Below, in pieces: positions 47,535-58,983 of a stretch of DNA of 64,000 nucleotides. Location of the stretch: contig CAINCE010000073.1 of the NCBI GenBank assembly GCA_903846945.1, positions 13,626-77,625 of the forward strand, in the 5' to 3' direction. The position numbers were made by a program, and so were the translations under genes. A model generated the notes under the pieces. That model had not been told where the DNA came from. It searched no databases and saw only the letters and a list, made by a program, of their open reading frames with translations. Numbering within the stretch: position 1 is the first letter of the stretch; every line of letters begins with the position of its first letter. This DNA comes from an uncultured bacterium. GTDB lineage: Bacteria > Patescibacteriota > Minisyncoccia > Phycocordibacterales > PALSA-1337.

Positions 47535-48032
47535 ATGATCTACATAATTCCTGGACTGGGAGAGGATTGTCAGTTGCTAAGATATAGAAGATTAAAATTA
47601 GCCCTACAATCCCAAGGGTACAAAGTAAAGTGTTTCAATCCTGACTGGTATAAGCCTCTGTCTGACCAGATATTTCGTGTTGAGAAGAATTCTATCGTTA
47701 TAGGCTTTTCTTTTGGTGCCGTTCTCGCGTATTTGATAGCCAAGAGATTTACATTCAAGAAGGTTATTTTCGCTTCACTTTCACCCATCCACGAGTTCAC
47801 ATTTGAAGATCTGGTGAATGATCTAAATAAACACATGCCAAGAAAACTTGCCGTTCAAATATCGAGGGATATCAAGAACATTAGGATTTCTATTGGTAGT
47901 CTGGATGTCCCACGAATTTCTTTGGCAGGGGAATATGAGAAGATGTTTGCGGACATCGTCGTCCCCAAGACAAGACATCGAATAACAAATCGATATATTG
48001 ACTATATATTGCTAGCGGTAGAGAGTTTGTAA
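47535..48032 (+). CDS. Small alpha/beta hydrolase
   Basis: IIPGLGE..; GFSFGA nucleophile elbow. Confidence 0.65.
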   Translation: MIYIIPGLGEDCQLLRYRRLKLALQSQGYKVKCFNPDWYKPLSDQIFRVEKNSIVIGFSFGAVLAYLIAKRFTFKKVIFASLSPIHEFTFEDLVNDLNKHMPRKLAVQISRDIKNIRISIGSLDVPRISLAGEYEKMFADIVVPKTRHRITNRYIDYILLAVESL

Positions 48033-49373
48033 TTACGCTTTCTTCTTTTTAGTTGGCTTTTCAGTAGAAGATGCTTTTTTGTCTCCTTCATCTGCAGCTT
48101 TCGTAACTTCTTCGACCGTCTCCTTTACCTCAACAACTTCATCTTTTGCTTTTTCGATGACCGCATCAGCGGCTTTTTCGGCTATTTCCTCTTTGACCTC
48201 TTCGATAGTGACGGTTTCCTCATCTTCGTCTGTACCGGGAGCTTCTGCTAGCTCTTCGCCACCAGTAGACTTGATATCTATCTTCCAACCGGTGAGTTTG
48301 GCAGCTAGACGGACATTCTGACCACCTTTACCGATAGCTAGTGACTGTTCATCTTCGGTAACTGTGACAACTGCACGATGAGATGAGTCGTCTAACTCCA
48401 GTGAGACAACTTCTGCAGGGGAGAGCGCTTCCTCGATAAATAGGGCAGCATCCTGATTCCACTCTATGATATCTATCTTCTCACCTGACAATTCGCTGGT
48501 GACAGTAGAAACACGAACTCCACGCTGACCAACCATCGAACCTATAGGGTCGATGTGCGGATCATGAGAAACCACGGCGATCTTTGAGCGAGAGCCAGCT
48601 TCACGGGCGATGGCTTTGATCTCGACAGTTCCAGATGCGATCTCTGGTGCCTCTGTTTCAAATAGTTTCGCTAGGAACTTTGGATGCGAACGGGAAAGTT
48701 TCAAAACGACACCTTTTGGAGTCTCTTCCACAGCGTAGAGATATGCACGGATACGATCTCCAGTCTTCCAGCGCTCGCTAGGAATCTGTTCTTCATATGA
48801 TATAACACCGACTGCGCGACCCATGTCTATATAGACTGTGCCTCGTTCGACTCGTTCGACTGTACCAGCGACGATCTGGTCTCTCTTCTCTCCATATTCT
48901 CCGAGAACGGAAACCTTCTCGGCTTCGCGAATCTTCTGAATGATGATCTGTTTGGCTGTCTGAGCGGCGATACGACCAAAATCAGCCTTGGTTTCGAGAG
49001 GGAAGATTAGTTCATCACCGATCTCCGCGTTCTTCTTTATCTTCCTAGCATCCTCGATGAGCATGTGCTGTTCTGGATTGAAACGGATCTTGATATCCTC
49101 AACATCTGCATCCTTGAGTTCTTTGTGGTCCATTTCCTCATCTCCTTCCATGATGACTTGGGCACGATCTACGACTATCTTTACCTGCCAGAACTCTACT
49201 CCACCAGAGTTTGAATCAAATGAAGCACGAACTATCTGGCCTTTCTTGCCATACTCTTTCTTGTAAGCGGTAGCTAGAGACATGGCGATAGCCTCGAGAG
49301 TTTTCTCACGAGGAATACCACGCTCTTCTTCTAGTTGTTGTACTACGGAATTGATGACTTTTAGATCAAACAT
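48033..49373 (-). CDS. nusA: Transcription termination factor NusA
   Basis: FGRIAAQTAKQ, AREAGSRSKIAV, LAIGKGGQNVRLAAKLTGWKIDI. Confidence 0.97.
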   Translation of the reverse strand: MFDLKVINSVVQQLEEERGIPREKTLEAIAMSLATAYKKEYGKKGQIVRASFDSNSGGVEFWQVKIVVDRAQVIMEGDEEMDHKELKDADVEDIKIRFNPEQHMLIEDARKIKKNAEIGDELIFPLETKADFGRIAAQTAKQIIIQKIREAEKVSVLGEYGEKRDQIVAGTVERVERGTVYIDMGRAVGVISYEEQIPSERWKTGDRIRAYLYAVEETPKGVVLKLSRSHPKFLAKLFETEAPEIASGTVEIKAIAREAGSRSKIAVVSHDPHIDPIGSMVGQRGVRVSTVTSELSGEKIDIIEWNQDAALFIEEALSPAEVVSLELDDSSHRAVVTVTEDEQSLAIGKGGQNVRLAAKLTGWKIDIKSTGGEELAEAPGTDEDEETVTIEEVKEEIAEKAADAVIEKAKDEVVEVKETVEEVTKAADEGDKKASSTEKPTKKKKA

Positions 49374-49915
49374 ATATTTATTATTTAGTTGTTATTTTGA
49401 TAAGCGAGGATCTGTGGATGATATCATACACAAGATTCGAGCGTAATCAAAAACTTCTATTAAGTTGTAATCTTACCCTTTTAACAAACAAGTCCGCCGG
49501 ACGGGCGAACAGTGACTAATATGAGTAATATAACATGTATATGTCGTTTGTGCAACTTATGCGCGCCTGAGTTCAACAATCAATTGCAACAGCTGTATTG
49601 CGATATTATTCTGACGATTCAGTAGAATCGCCTACTGGGTTCGAAGTCAGAACAAACGAGTAAATACTCCGCAGCTTGCTCGTGTAAAGAAACAGAGCTT
49701 CTACTTAATACCTCGCCAGCTTGCTGCGAGGTAGTTTATTACAAAACGAAATCATCCAATTAACTAGATTGCAAAACTTTTTAAAGTGGTAAGATTATAG
49801 TAACAAATAAAAGGAGTGCAAGTCGACACTCTTTTTTGATACGAGAAATGTGTCATGAATTTGATGGGTTACTAATTTACTAAATTATTACTATTTTAAT
49901 TAGTTTATAAATCAT

Positions 49916-50788
49916 ATGAATAATAATTCAAACAAATCACCGCAAGTGATAGGTCCGAGCAAGGGTTTTGAGTCTATAAAGAAATTGGATGAAAATGGGA
50001 TTGAATATTGGGAGGCGAGGGAATTAATGTGTCTTTTTGGCTATTCAGAATGGCGGTCGTTCGATGAAGTTATAACGAAGGCTATAGTTGCCGCAAAAAA
50101 TAGTAATCAAAACACGGAAAACCATTTTGGTCGATTGACCAAAATGGTGCGGACAGGTTCTAATACCGTAAGGCCAATTAAAGATTGGAAGCTAGATAGT
50201 TACGCATGTTATCTAGTAGCTCAAAATGGTGATTCTCATAAATTAGAAATTGCCGGTGCACAAACATATTTCGCGATCCAGACGAGAAAACAGGAAATAT
50301 TGGATAGTTTACCTCAAGCTGAGAGAAGAATACATATTCGTGAGGGTATGAGAATAGAAAATAGGTTCCTTTTTGGTGTTGCGAAAGATGCTGATGTATC
50401 AAAGTTTGGTGCATTCAATGGTGCGGGGTATAGAGGTCTATATAATATGTCGTTGTCAGAAATAGAAAAGAAGAAAAATATTGATAAGGGCGCCTTGCTC
50501 GATAGTGCTGGTTCTGTTGAGTTGGCAGCCAACCTGTTTCGTATCACCCAAATAGAAGCTAAACTAAAGAGGGACAGAGTTAAAGGTGATGATAATGCTC
50601 AGAGTACACATTTCAAAGTTGGTGCTAAAATACGTCAAACCATGAAAGAGCTCGGAAGTGAGATGCCTGAAAGCCTAAAACCAGAGAAACATATCAAGAA
50701 ATTGAAGAAAAATATCAAGAATGCAAAATCAGCACCTAATATCAAGGGTATCTCAGAGCCCATCCACCATCTTCCCCCTGCCATGTAA
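49916..50788 (+). CDS. dinD: DNA damage-inducible protein D-like (Bro-N)
   Basis: FESIK..EYWEAREL..ACYLVAQNGD..AQTYFAIQTRKQE..ELAANLFRITQ. Confidence 0.85.
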   Translation: MNNNSNKSPQVIGPSKGFESIKKLDENGIEYWEARELMCLFGYSEWRSFDEVITKAIVAAKNSNQNTENHFGRLTKMVRTGSNTVRPIKDWKLDSYACYLVAQNGDSHKLEIAGAQTYFAIQTRKQEILDSLPQAERRIHIREGMRIENRFLFGVAKDADVSKFGAFNGAGYRGLYNMSLSEIEKKKNIDKGALLDSAGSVELAANLFRITQIEAKLKRDRVKGDDNAQSTHFKVGAKIRQTMKELGSEMPESLKPEKHIKKLKKNIKNAKSAPNIKGISEPIHHLPPAM

Positions 50789-50917
50789 AGCCTTATTTTT
50801 GGCTACAAAACTACGCTTCGTTCTCGCCATAATTCATTATGGCTCGAACTCCAGCTTGTTTTTCGCCTAAAAATAAAGCTTTCCTGGTAGGGTACCGCGA
50901 GATGGTGGATGGGCTCT
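50755..50917. mobile_element. 163-bp MITE-like element, copy 2
   Basis: Near-identical to 34099-34261; supplies the last codons and stop of dinD. Confidence 0.7.
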
Positions 50918-50989
50918 CATAAAGTATTCCACAGTTTGCAGTAAAATACACAGCGCAAAGTTTTCTGAAATGGTATAATGTTTATCAAC

Positions 50990-52738
50990 ATGCTCATCGA
51001 AGACACCCAACTCTTTAAGTTTATCCAAGATTCTGGACTAGTTTCCAAGGATGATCTAGAAGTAGCAAAAAATGAGGCAGATGAAAATAACAAGAGGCTC
51101 GGCGATGTGCTAGTTACCAATGGCAAGATCACCGTCGATAATTTGCGTCGCATGCAAGCCTATGTTCTAGGTATTCCTTTCGTAAATCTAAAGAACAAGA
51201 AGATCCCCCTCGATACCCTGTCTCTCATACCAGAACCTATCGCTCGTACACACAATATCGTCCCATTTAAAAAGACTGATACGACGCTAGAAGTGGCGAT
51301 GCTCAATGTAAATGATCTCTCAGCTATCGACTTCATAAAAAAGAAAGTAAATCTAAAGATATTGCCACGACTCACTGATGCGGACTCTCTGAAGGAAGTG
51401 ATGGTTCAGTATCAAAAAAGTCTAAAAGCGGAGTTTGGAGACATCATCCAAAAGGAAACGGCAGCATTGAAGATGGTTGCAGAAGAGAAAGGGGAGCCAA
51501 CTTCAGCAGATGATCTTAAAAAGATCGCAGAGGATCTGCCAGTCGTGCGCATTGTGGATACACTCGTTAAGCATGCCATCATTCAGAATGCGTCAGATAT
51601 CCACATAGAACCCATGGAAGATCAAGTACTAGTTAGATACAGGATAGATGGCATGCTACATGATGCCATGGTACTACCAAAACAGGCGGGACCATCAGTA
51701 ACTGCGCGTATCAAGGTGTTGTCGAATCTCAAATTGGACGAAAAGCGTTTGCCACAGGATGGTAGGTTCCGTGTAGATATAGCTAATGAGAGAGTTTCGT
51801 TCCGTGTTTCCATCTTGCCGACATATTATGGCGAAAAGACCGTGATGCGTCTACTTCGTGAGAATATCACCAGCTTTTCACTCGAGTCACTCAATTTCCA
51901 TGGAGAAAGTTTGGAGCGTATACATGAAGCATTGAAGAAAACTACAGGGATGATCCTCACGACTGGTCCAACAGGATCTGGTAAGACTACTACCCTGTAT
52001 ACCATGTTGGATATATTGAACACTCCAGATGTGAACATTTCGACTATCGAAGATCCTATAGAATATCAGATGGCTCGTATCAATCAGACTCAGGTCAAAC
52101 CTGATATCGGATTTTCATTCGCTCAGGGTATACGCACTCTAGTGCGCCAGGACCCAGATATCATCATGGTGGGTGAAATCCGAGATAACGAGACGGCAGC
52201 GCTCGCTATAAATGCGGCTCTAACTGGACACTTGGTCTTGTCAACATTGCATACGAACAGTGCCGCGGGTGCTATCCCTCGTCTTTTGGATATGAAAGCG
52301 GAAACATTTTTGCTGGTCTCAACTATCGATGTTGTTATCGGACAGAGACTGGTTAGACACCTAACTGATACAAAGGAATCATATAAACTCTCGAAAGCAG
52401 AATTAGCAGAGCTAACAAAGCTCGTCGATCTCGATCGAGTTCTGGCAGCACTCATAGAAGAAAAGATCATTCACCCATCTGATACATGGGAAAATATACC
52501 ATTTTTCAAGCCAGTCAAGGGTGTAGATGATGATGGATTCAAGGGTCGTGTGGGGATTCATGAAGTGATCAGGATGACACCGAGTATCAAAGACCTCATC
52601 ATGAAGAATTCTAGATCTAGTGTTATCGAAGACCAGGCAAAAAAGGAGGGGATGCTCACCATGTTAGAGGATGGTATATTTAAGTGTGTGCAGGGACTGA
52701 CTACGATAGAAGAGGTGCTCCGAGTTATCACAGAGTAA
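50990..52738 (+). CDS. pilB: Type IV pilus assembly ATPase PilB/GspE
   Basis: ASDIHIEP, PQDGR, GPTGSGKTT, IEDPIEY, RQDPDIIMVGEIRD, TGHLVLSTLH. Confidence 0.93.
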   Translation: MLIEDTQLFKFIQDSGLVSKDDLEVAKNEADENNKRLGDVLVTNGKITVDNLRRMQAYVLGIPFVNLKNKKIPLDTLSLIPEPIARTHNIVPFKKTDTTLEVAMLNVNDLSAIDFIKKKVNLKILPRLTDADSLKEVMVQYQKSLKAEFGDIIQKETAALKMVAEEKGEPTSADDLKKIAEDLPVVRIVDTLVKHAIIQNASDIHIEPMEDQVLVRYRIDGMLHDAMVLPKQAGPSVTARIKVLSNLKLDEKRLPQDGRFRVDIANERVSFRVSILPTYYGEKTVMRLLRENITSFSLESLNFHGESLERIHEALKKTTGMILTTGPTGSGKTTTLYTMLDILNTPDVNISTIEDPIEYQMARINQTQVKPDIGFSFAQGIRTLVRQDPDIIMVGEIRDNETAALAINAALTGHLVLSTLHTNSAAGAIPRLLDMKAETFLLVSTIDVVIGQRLVRHLTDTKESYKLSKAELAELTKLVDLDRVLAALIEEKIIHPSDTWENIPFFKPVKGVDDDGFKGRVGIHEVIRMTPSIKDLIMKNSRSSVIEDQAKKEGMLTMLEDGIFKCVQGLTTIEEVLRVITE

Positions 52739-52839
52739 TTAGATTTAAGATTAATGATTTTCGATTTAAGATTCACACAAAATTCATTCCAAATAGCGTT
52801 ATTCATAAATCTTATCTCTTAAATCCTAAATCTATTCCT

Positions 52840-54063
52840 ATGAGCCACTTTACATACAAAGCAAAAAAGCCAGGAGGGGCGATATACAGCGGTGACCGTG
52901 ATGCGGCTGATCGTTATGAACTATATAGACTAGTCAGAGAAGGGGGGGATGAAATAGTCCAATTCCGAGAAGTCGGTTTGTCAAAAGGGCTGAATCTGCA
53001 TATGTCATTTTCTATGCTCACAAATAGTGTCAGGATGATAGACAAGATCAATTTTGCTAGGAATCTCGGTTCAATGTTGGAAGCTGGTTTGGCGCTGGCT
53101 CGAGCACTATCAGTTCTAGAGAGACAGACTGGCAGCAAATCATTGAAGAAAGTCATAACAGACCTGATAGAGGAGATCACAAAAGGAACGACATTGTCAG
53201 ATGCCCTAGCAAAGCATAAAAAAGTTTTTTCTCCTTTGTTCATATCCATGGTCCACGCAGGTGAGCAGAGTGGAACTTTGTCCGACTCATTGAAAGTCGT
53301 CGCTTCTCAGATGGATAGTAACTATTCATTGCAAAAACGTATTCGTGGTGCCCTCATGTATCCAGGAGTCATCATTTCGGCGATGATCGTGATCGCAATA
53401 CTCATGTTCGTATTTGTCATCCCAACGCTCTTGAAGACATTTACTGATCTAAATGTTGCACTACCGCTCAGTACGCAGGTTGTCCTAGGATTGAGTAACT
53501 TGGTTCAACACCAGGGTTTGTTGCTGTTGGCAGTCGTGATAATGATCGCGGGGATGTTCTACTGGTGGGCAAAACAAATCAAAGGCAAGTATGTAATGGA
53601 CAAGGCGGTATTGAAAATCCCCATGATAGGAAAGTTGGTTCAAGAAGTAAATACGGCTAGAACGGCCCGAACCTTGGCTTCATTGCTCAATTCTGGCGTA
53701 GATGTTGTTGAGGCCATGGCTATAACAGCCAATGTTGTGCAAAATGTCCATTTCAAAGCCGTGCTCATGAAAGCTATGGAGGCGATCAAGAAGGGTGATC
53801 TCATGTCCAAAGTTTTTGAGGAAGAGACGAAATTATACCCAGTGTTCTTTTCGGAAATGGTCAGTGTTGGAGAGGAAACTGGTAAGACGGGAGAAATGTT
53901 ACTCGGTGTAGCTCATTATTACGAAAATGAAGTTGAGCAGAAAACTAAGGACATGTCGACGATCATCGAACCATTCCTCATCCTCTTGATCGGAGCCGCC
54001 GTTGGATTCTTCGCAGTCTCTATGATACAGCCGATGTATTCACTAGTGGGAGCGATCAATTAG
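52840..54063 (+). CDS. pilC: Type IV pilus platform protein PilC/GspF
   Basis: GEQSGTL, ALMYP, GEETG, IIEP; start moved to 52840. Confidence 0.92.
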   Translation: MSHFTYKAKKPGGAIYSGDRDAADRYELYRLVREGGDEIVQFREVGLSKGLNLHMSFSMLTNSVRMIDKINFARNLGSMLEAGLALARALSVLERQTGSKSLKKVITDLIEEITKGTTLSDALAKHKKVFSPLFISMVHAGEQSGTLSDSLKVVASQMDSNYSLQKRIRGALMYPGVIISAMIVIAILMFVFVIPTLLKTFTDLNVALPLSTQVVLGLSNLVQHQGLLLLAVVIMIAGMFYWWAKQIKGKYVMDKAVLKIPMIGKLVQEVNTARTARTLASLLNSGVDVVEAMAITANVVQNVHFKAVLMKAMEAIKKGDLMSKVFEEETKLYPVFFSEMVSVGEETGKTGEMLLGVAHYYENEVEQKTKDMSTIIEPFLILLIGAAVGFFAVSMIQPMYSLVGAIN

Positions 54064-54120
54064 GAAAGTATATTAGTATGGCAGTAAGAAAATAATGAGT
54101 ATGGAACACTGTTAATATAA

Positions 54121-55905
54121 ATGAATAAAAGGCAGAATTCAAATAGGGGATTTTCACTTATAGAGGTACTCATAGGTACTGCTGTATTCCTTATGGTATC
54201 AACGGCTGCTTATGGTCTATTTGCAAATCTATTTAAATTGGCAGCCGCGAGTCAGGCCAATATATTGGCAGTTGAGCTAGCTGATGAACAGTTCGAAATC
54301 ATCCGTAACATGCCATATACGAGCGTCGGTCTCACCAATGGTATTCCTCTGGGTATATTGCCACAAACACAGACATTGGTTCGAGGAGGCTACAGTTTTG
54401 CAGTTGATCTCACGGTTCGTAATATAAATCTCTCTACTTCGACAGTTCAGGCCAGTGACAAGTTGGTCGAGGTTAACATCTCTTGTCCTACATGTCGTAA
54501 TTTTAGTCCAGTAACACTAACGGGTCAGATATCCCCAGCCAATCTCCAGTCTGCGTCCAATGGCGGAGCCCTGACTGTCAGGGCTTTTGATGCTGGAGGT
54601 CAACCTGTCGAAGATGCAGTAGTGAATGTACAGAGTGTCTCAACTTCGTCTGTTATGAATAACGATGTAACGAACAATTTGGGAACTTTGAATATCATCG
54701 GTGTACCAGGAGGAGTAAATGCATACCAGATCATCGTTTCAAAATCAGGATATTCAACAGATCGAACTTATGCAGTGAGTGGTCCCAATCCTACTCCGAC
54801 CAATCCGAACAAAACGGTATTGAATGGTCAGATCAGTCAAGCTAGTTTCGCTATCGATAGATTGAGTACACTAAATTTCTCTAGCGTCTCACCACTATGC
54901 GCGCCAGTAGGGAATATCCATATGAATCTGGTGGGGGCGAAACAGATCGGAACGAACATTCCGAAATATTCACAGAGTATCGTCACAAATTCATCTGGTG
55001 TTTTGTCACTTAATTCTATGGAATGGGATACTTACACTATCACTCCTACAGACAGTTCGTATGATATCGCAGGTGTGAACCCTTTTAGCCCCCTCACTCT
55101 AAATCCAGATAATACTCAAAGTGTCCAGCTCGTAGTATTACCAAAGAATCCAAATAGTCTGATGGTCTCAGTGATGGATACTATCACCAAGTTACCTATA
55201 TCTGGAGCCACGGTTCAGTTGACCAAGTCTGGATATGATGTGACTCAAGTAACTGGGCAGGGATATTTTACGCAGACTGATTGGTCGAATGGAGACACGC
55301 AGAGTGGTCTATATGTAGATAAGAGTGCATATGCTGTAGGAAGCGGAGTGGATACGACGACATCTTCTTCTTCTGGAAATATATTGTTACATTGGAATAC
55401 TGCTAGCACTCCATATGATGTGGTGGTGACAGGAACTCTAGAATCTTCTACTTTTGATACTGGAACTTCTAGTAATTTCTACACGATGTCTTGGAAACCT
55501 TCCAATCAACCACTCTTGACTGGTACTAGTAGTGTAAAGTTTCAATTTGCCACAAAACCAACTGCTACTTCCACTTTTTCTGACGCAGACTATTTTGGAC
55601 CAGATGGAACGCATGACAGCTTCTTTACTGTTCCAGGTGGTATGATCAATGCGGTTAGCAACAACGTTGCATTTGCTAGATACAAGGCGTATCTCACCAC
55701 AAATACAGCTACTGTTACTCCTAGTATTTCTGAAGCTACATTTTCTTTTACTTCTGGATGTATTCCACCCGGTCAAGTGTTATTCCAAGGCCTCACAGCT
55801 GGTACATACACCCTCAATGTTTCTCAGTCAGGCTATGTGACGAGTTCAGGAAGTGTAACAGTTGCTAGTGGTTGGCAGGAAAAGGTCGTGAAACTCACAC
55901 ATTGA
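54121..55905 (+). CDS. Large prepilin-type protein with beta-sandwich domains
   Basis: RGFSLIEVL N-methylation motif. Confidence 0.85.
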   Translation: MNKRQNSNRGFSLIEVLIGTAVFLMVSTAAYGLFANLFKLAAASQANILAVELADEQFEIIRNMPYTSVGLTNGIPLGILPQTQTLVRGGYSFAVDLTVRNINLSTSTVQASDKLVEVNISCPTCRNFSPVTLTGQISPANLQSASNGGALTVRAFDAGGQPVEDAVVNVQSVSTSSVMNNDVTNNLGTLNIIGVPGGVNAYQIIVSKSGYSTDRTYAVSGPNPTPTNPNKTVLNGQISQASFAIDRLSTLNFSSVSPLCAPVGNIHMNLVGAKQIGTNIPKYSQSIVTNSSGVLSLNSMEWDTYTITPTDSSYDIAGVNPFSPLTLNPDNTQSVQLVVLPKNPNSLMVSVMDTITKLPISGATVQLTKSGYDVTQVTGQGYFTQTDWSNGDTQSGLYVDKSAYAVGSGVDTTTSSSSGNILLHWNTASTPYDVVVTGTLESSTFDTGTSSNFYTMSWKPSNQPLLTGTSSVKFQFATKPTATSTFSDADYFGPDGTHDSFFTVPGGMINAVSNNVAFARYKAYLTTNTATVTPSISEATFSFTSGCIPPGQVLFQGLTAGTYTLNVSQSGYVTSSGSVTVASGWQEKVVKLTH

Positions 55906-55906
55906 T

Positions 55907-56596
55907 ATGAAATATGATATGAGAAATATGAAATATGATCGGTCAAGAGAGCAGAAAAAATGCGATGGTCATATCTCATATCTCGTATCTCATATTTCCA
56001 GTCGCGGCATGACCCTGGTCGAAGTTCTCGTCACTTTGGGAATATTTATGGCGATCATGTTTGCAGTGGCGACATTTGAATACAATGTCTTTACATATCC
56101 CAAAAATATTTCCGGATCATTCCAGACTGCTCAAGATACCCAGATCTTGTTAAGAACCATGTTAAGAGAGATGCGTACGGCACAACAGGGGGCAAATGGT
56201 GCATATCCGCTAGTTAATGTGGGTACGAGCACCATTTCATTCTTTGCGGATCCTGATAATAATGGCACGATCGAACGGGTTTCATATTTTTTGGCGAGTT
56301 CTAGTATTTACAGAGGAATAATACAGCCCTCAGGCAATCCTGTCGTATATATTGGAACCAGTCAGATAAATAAAATGATCGTTACTAATGTACGCAATAG
56401 TTCTTCTACGCCACTATTTCAATATTTTGATACTAATTACAATGGGACTAGTTCACCACTGACTCAACCAGTGACAGCAACAGCTGTCCGACTCGTCAAG
56501 ATAAATCTGACACTGGATGTAGATCTAAACAGGTCTCCAACACCGATGACTTACACTGTTCAAGCCAGCTTTAGAAATCTAAAATCAAACCTATGA
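55907..56596 (+). CDS. Minor pilin (PilW-like)
   Basis: RGMTLVEVL motif. Confidence 0.85.
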   Translation: MKYDMRNMKYDRSREQKKCDGHISYLVSHISSRGMTLVEVLVTLGIFMAIMFAVATFEYNVFTYPKNISGSFQTAQDTQILLRTMLREMRTAQQGANGAYPLVNVGTSTISFFADPDNNGTIERVSYFLASSSIYRGIIQPSGNPVVYIGTSQINKMIVTNVRNSSSTPLFQYFDTNYNGTSSPLTQPVTATAVRLVKINLTLDVDLNRSPTPMTYTVQASFRNLKSNL

Positions 56597-58110
56597 TGAA
56601 ACGATCGAAATATGATAAAGCGTCGCAGAAAGGCGATATTCTCCTCACGGTTCTCGTTTTTGCAGCTATCACGATCACTGTTACTATCGGTCTGGTGAAT
56701 TGGGGGGCGACGATGCTGGCCAGTATTCGAAATATTAAAGCCAAAGAACAAGCATTTCAGATAGCTGAAGCGGGAGTTGACTACTACAGATGGCACCTCG
56801 CTCAATATCCTACTGATTATAGAGATGGTACGACAACGCCTCAGCCATATATACACCAGTTTTACAATAGAGATGGTGATTTGCTGGGTACATATTCTCT
56901 CACCATTACCGCACCGTTAGTTGGTTCAACACTGGTAAAGATAGTCTCAAAGGGTACAGCATCGTCGACGCCACCTGTTTCGAGGAGTATAGAAGCCGTC
57001 ATGGCGATACCGTCATTTGCCAAGTTTGCGGTCGTGGCGAATGATAATATGCGTTTTGGTGAAGGAACAGAAGTATTTGGTCCTATACATTCTAACAAGG
57101 GAATACGATTCGACGGTGTGGCACACAATCTCATCTCTAGTGCCCTGACTACATATACGGATCCAGATAGTGGATCGTGCACCACTAACAATTCATGGGC
57201 AGTTCACACATGTGTTACTCCGAATGCCGATCCAGCATCACCGTCAACCATCTCGAGTAGACCTGATATATTCTTGGCAGGGAGGCAGTTTCCTGTACCT
57301 TCTGTTGATTTTGCTGGGTTGATTTCAGGACTCACTCAGTTGCAAACATTGGCACGAAATGGCGGTAAGGAGTGGGCATCGTCAAATGCGGAGGGGTATC
57401 ATATCGTATTCAATACGAACAATACCTATTCCCTATACAAAGTTAATGGTAGGGAGTCTATTGCCGGTAGCTGTACTAGTAACTCTGGTGGTACTGGTCA
57501 ATGGGGATCGTGGAGTATACAGAGCCCGATTTCTTCAAATCAAACTGCTGTAAAAACGAGTGGTAGTAATGTTTACTCGATTCCTTCGAATGGTGTCATC
57601 TTCTTTAATGATGATGTATGGGTCGACGGTACTATCGATGGGTCACGCGTGACTGTCGTTGCTGCCATCATCGGAGAGACCAACCCTGACAATTATGTCA
57701 ATATCACTGTAAACAATGATCTGAAGTACACGCATTTTGATGGTACTGATGTTATCGCACTTATCGCGCAAAACAATATCAATGCAGGACTGGTGAGCGA
57801 TGATAATCTAGAGATTGACGCCGCACTAGTAGCAGAAAATGGTCGTGTTGGAAGATACTACTATGATGATAGTTGTGGTTCAAACTATGTTAGGAGCACC
57901 CTCACATTAAATGGCATGATCGCTAGCAGTATTCGCTATGGGTTTGCTTATACTGGTTCGAAATATAACTGTGGCGGCTCTGTTGGTATGACTGGTGGGG
58001 GATATTGTGTTAGAAATATCATATATGATGGGAACTTGTTGTATGGTCCGCCGCCATCATTTCCATTGGCAACTAGCCAGTACCAGCTCATTTCTTGGAA
58101 GGAGATATAG
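56593..58110 (+). CDS. PilX-like N-terminal domain protein
   Basis: KGDILLTVL..QAFQIAEAGV. Confidence 0.8.
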   Translation: MMKRSKYDKASQKGDILLTVLVFAAITITVTIGLVNWGATMLASIRNIKAKEQAFQIAEAGVDYYRWHLAQYPTDYRDGTTTPQPYIHQFYNRDGDLLGTYSLTITAPLVGSTLVKIVSKGTASSTPPVSRSIEAVMAIPSFAKFAVVANDNMRFGEGTEVFGPIHSNKGIRFDGVAHNLISSALTTYTDPDSGSCTTNNSWAVHTCVTPNADPASPSTISSRPDIFLAGRQFPVPSVDFAGLISGLTQLQTLARNGGKEWASSNAEGYHIVFNTNNTYSLYKVNGRESIAGSCTSNSGGTGQWGSWSIQSPISSNQTAVKTSGSNVYSIPSNGVIFFNDDVWVDGTIDGSRVTVVAAIIGETNPDNYVNITVNNDLKYTHFDGTDVIALIAQNNINAGLVSDDNLEIDAALVAENGRVGRYYYDDSCGSNYVRSTLTLNGMIASSIRYGFAYTGSKYNCGGSVGMTGGGYCVRNIIYDGNLLYGPPPSFPLATSQYQLISWKEI

Positions 58111-58152
58111 GGTGCAGATTGAGAGACTGATAATACATGATATAATGGAAGC

Positions 58153-58920
58153 ATGACAAATAGAAAACTCATCATAGGTAACTGGAAGATGAATCCTGGA
58201 ACGCTGGAAGAGGCGAAAAAGATCGTCGCAAAGACGAAGCGTGTTGCTGCTAAGTTGGACCATACTGATGTCGTAGTGTGTCCACCATTTGTATTTTTGC
58301 CACAACTCGCTCCAAGGAGATCGGTGAAACATTTTCATGTTGGGGCACAGTCTGTATATTTCGAAGAAAGTGGTTCGTACACGGGTGAAGTTAGTGTAGC
58401 AATGCTCCGAGATGTTGGTACGGAGTATGTCATCGTCGGTCATTCTGAAGAGAGGAAGAGGGGAGATACGGATGAGATTGTCGCTAAGAAAGTGAAGGCG
58501 GTGATCGATGCAGGTCTAACTCCTATAGTCTGCGTCGGTGAGATCTCTCGTGATGTTGAGGGTGCTTCGCATTATGAAGTATTGAAAAAACAGATACAGA
58601 ATAGCTTTGCAGGCGTACCCAAGAGGGCCGGAAGAGATATCGTCCTCGCTTATGAACCTGTCTGGGCGATAGGCGCGAAGGAGTCCATGGTTCCGAGTGA
58701 GATCTATGAGATGTCTCTATTCGTAAAGAAAGTCTTTTCTGATGCCTTTGGTCCAGAAACTGCGGTGAAAGTAACTATTCTCTATGGGGGAGCAGTAAAT
58801 TTCAGGAATGCTGCGGATATCATCTCTATAGGTAAAGTTGACGGCCTACTCGTCGGCCGTGAGAGTTTGAATACTGTTGGTTTTGTAGAGTTACTAAAGG
58901 CGGTGGATGCGGTGAAGTAA
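58153..58920 (+). CDS. tpiA: Triosephosphate isomerase
   Basis: GNWKMN, GHSE, AYEPVWAIG, LYGG. Confidence 0.96.
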   Translation: MTNRKLIIGNWKMNPGTLEEAKKIVAKTKRVAAKLDHTDVVVCPPFVFLPQLAPRRSVKHFHVGAQSVYFEESGSYTGEVSVAMLRDVGTEYVIVGHSEERKRGDTDEIVAKKVKAVIDAGLTPIVCVGEISRDVEGASHYEVLKKQIQNSFAGVPKRAGRDIVLAYEPVWAIGAKESMVPSEIYEMSLFVKKVFSDAFGPETAVKVTILYGGAVNFRNAADIISIGKVDGLLVGRESLNTVGFVELLKAVDAVK

Positions 58921-58983
58921 GTCTCAAGTTAATTGAATAATTGCCAGTCCGTAAACAACTCAAAATAGTCAAAATATGGTATA

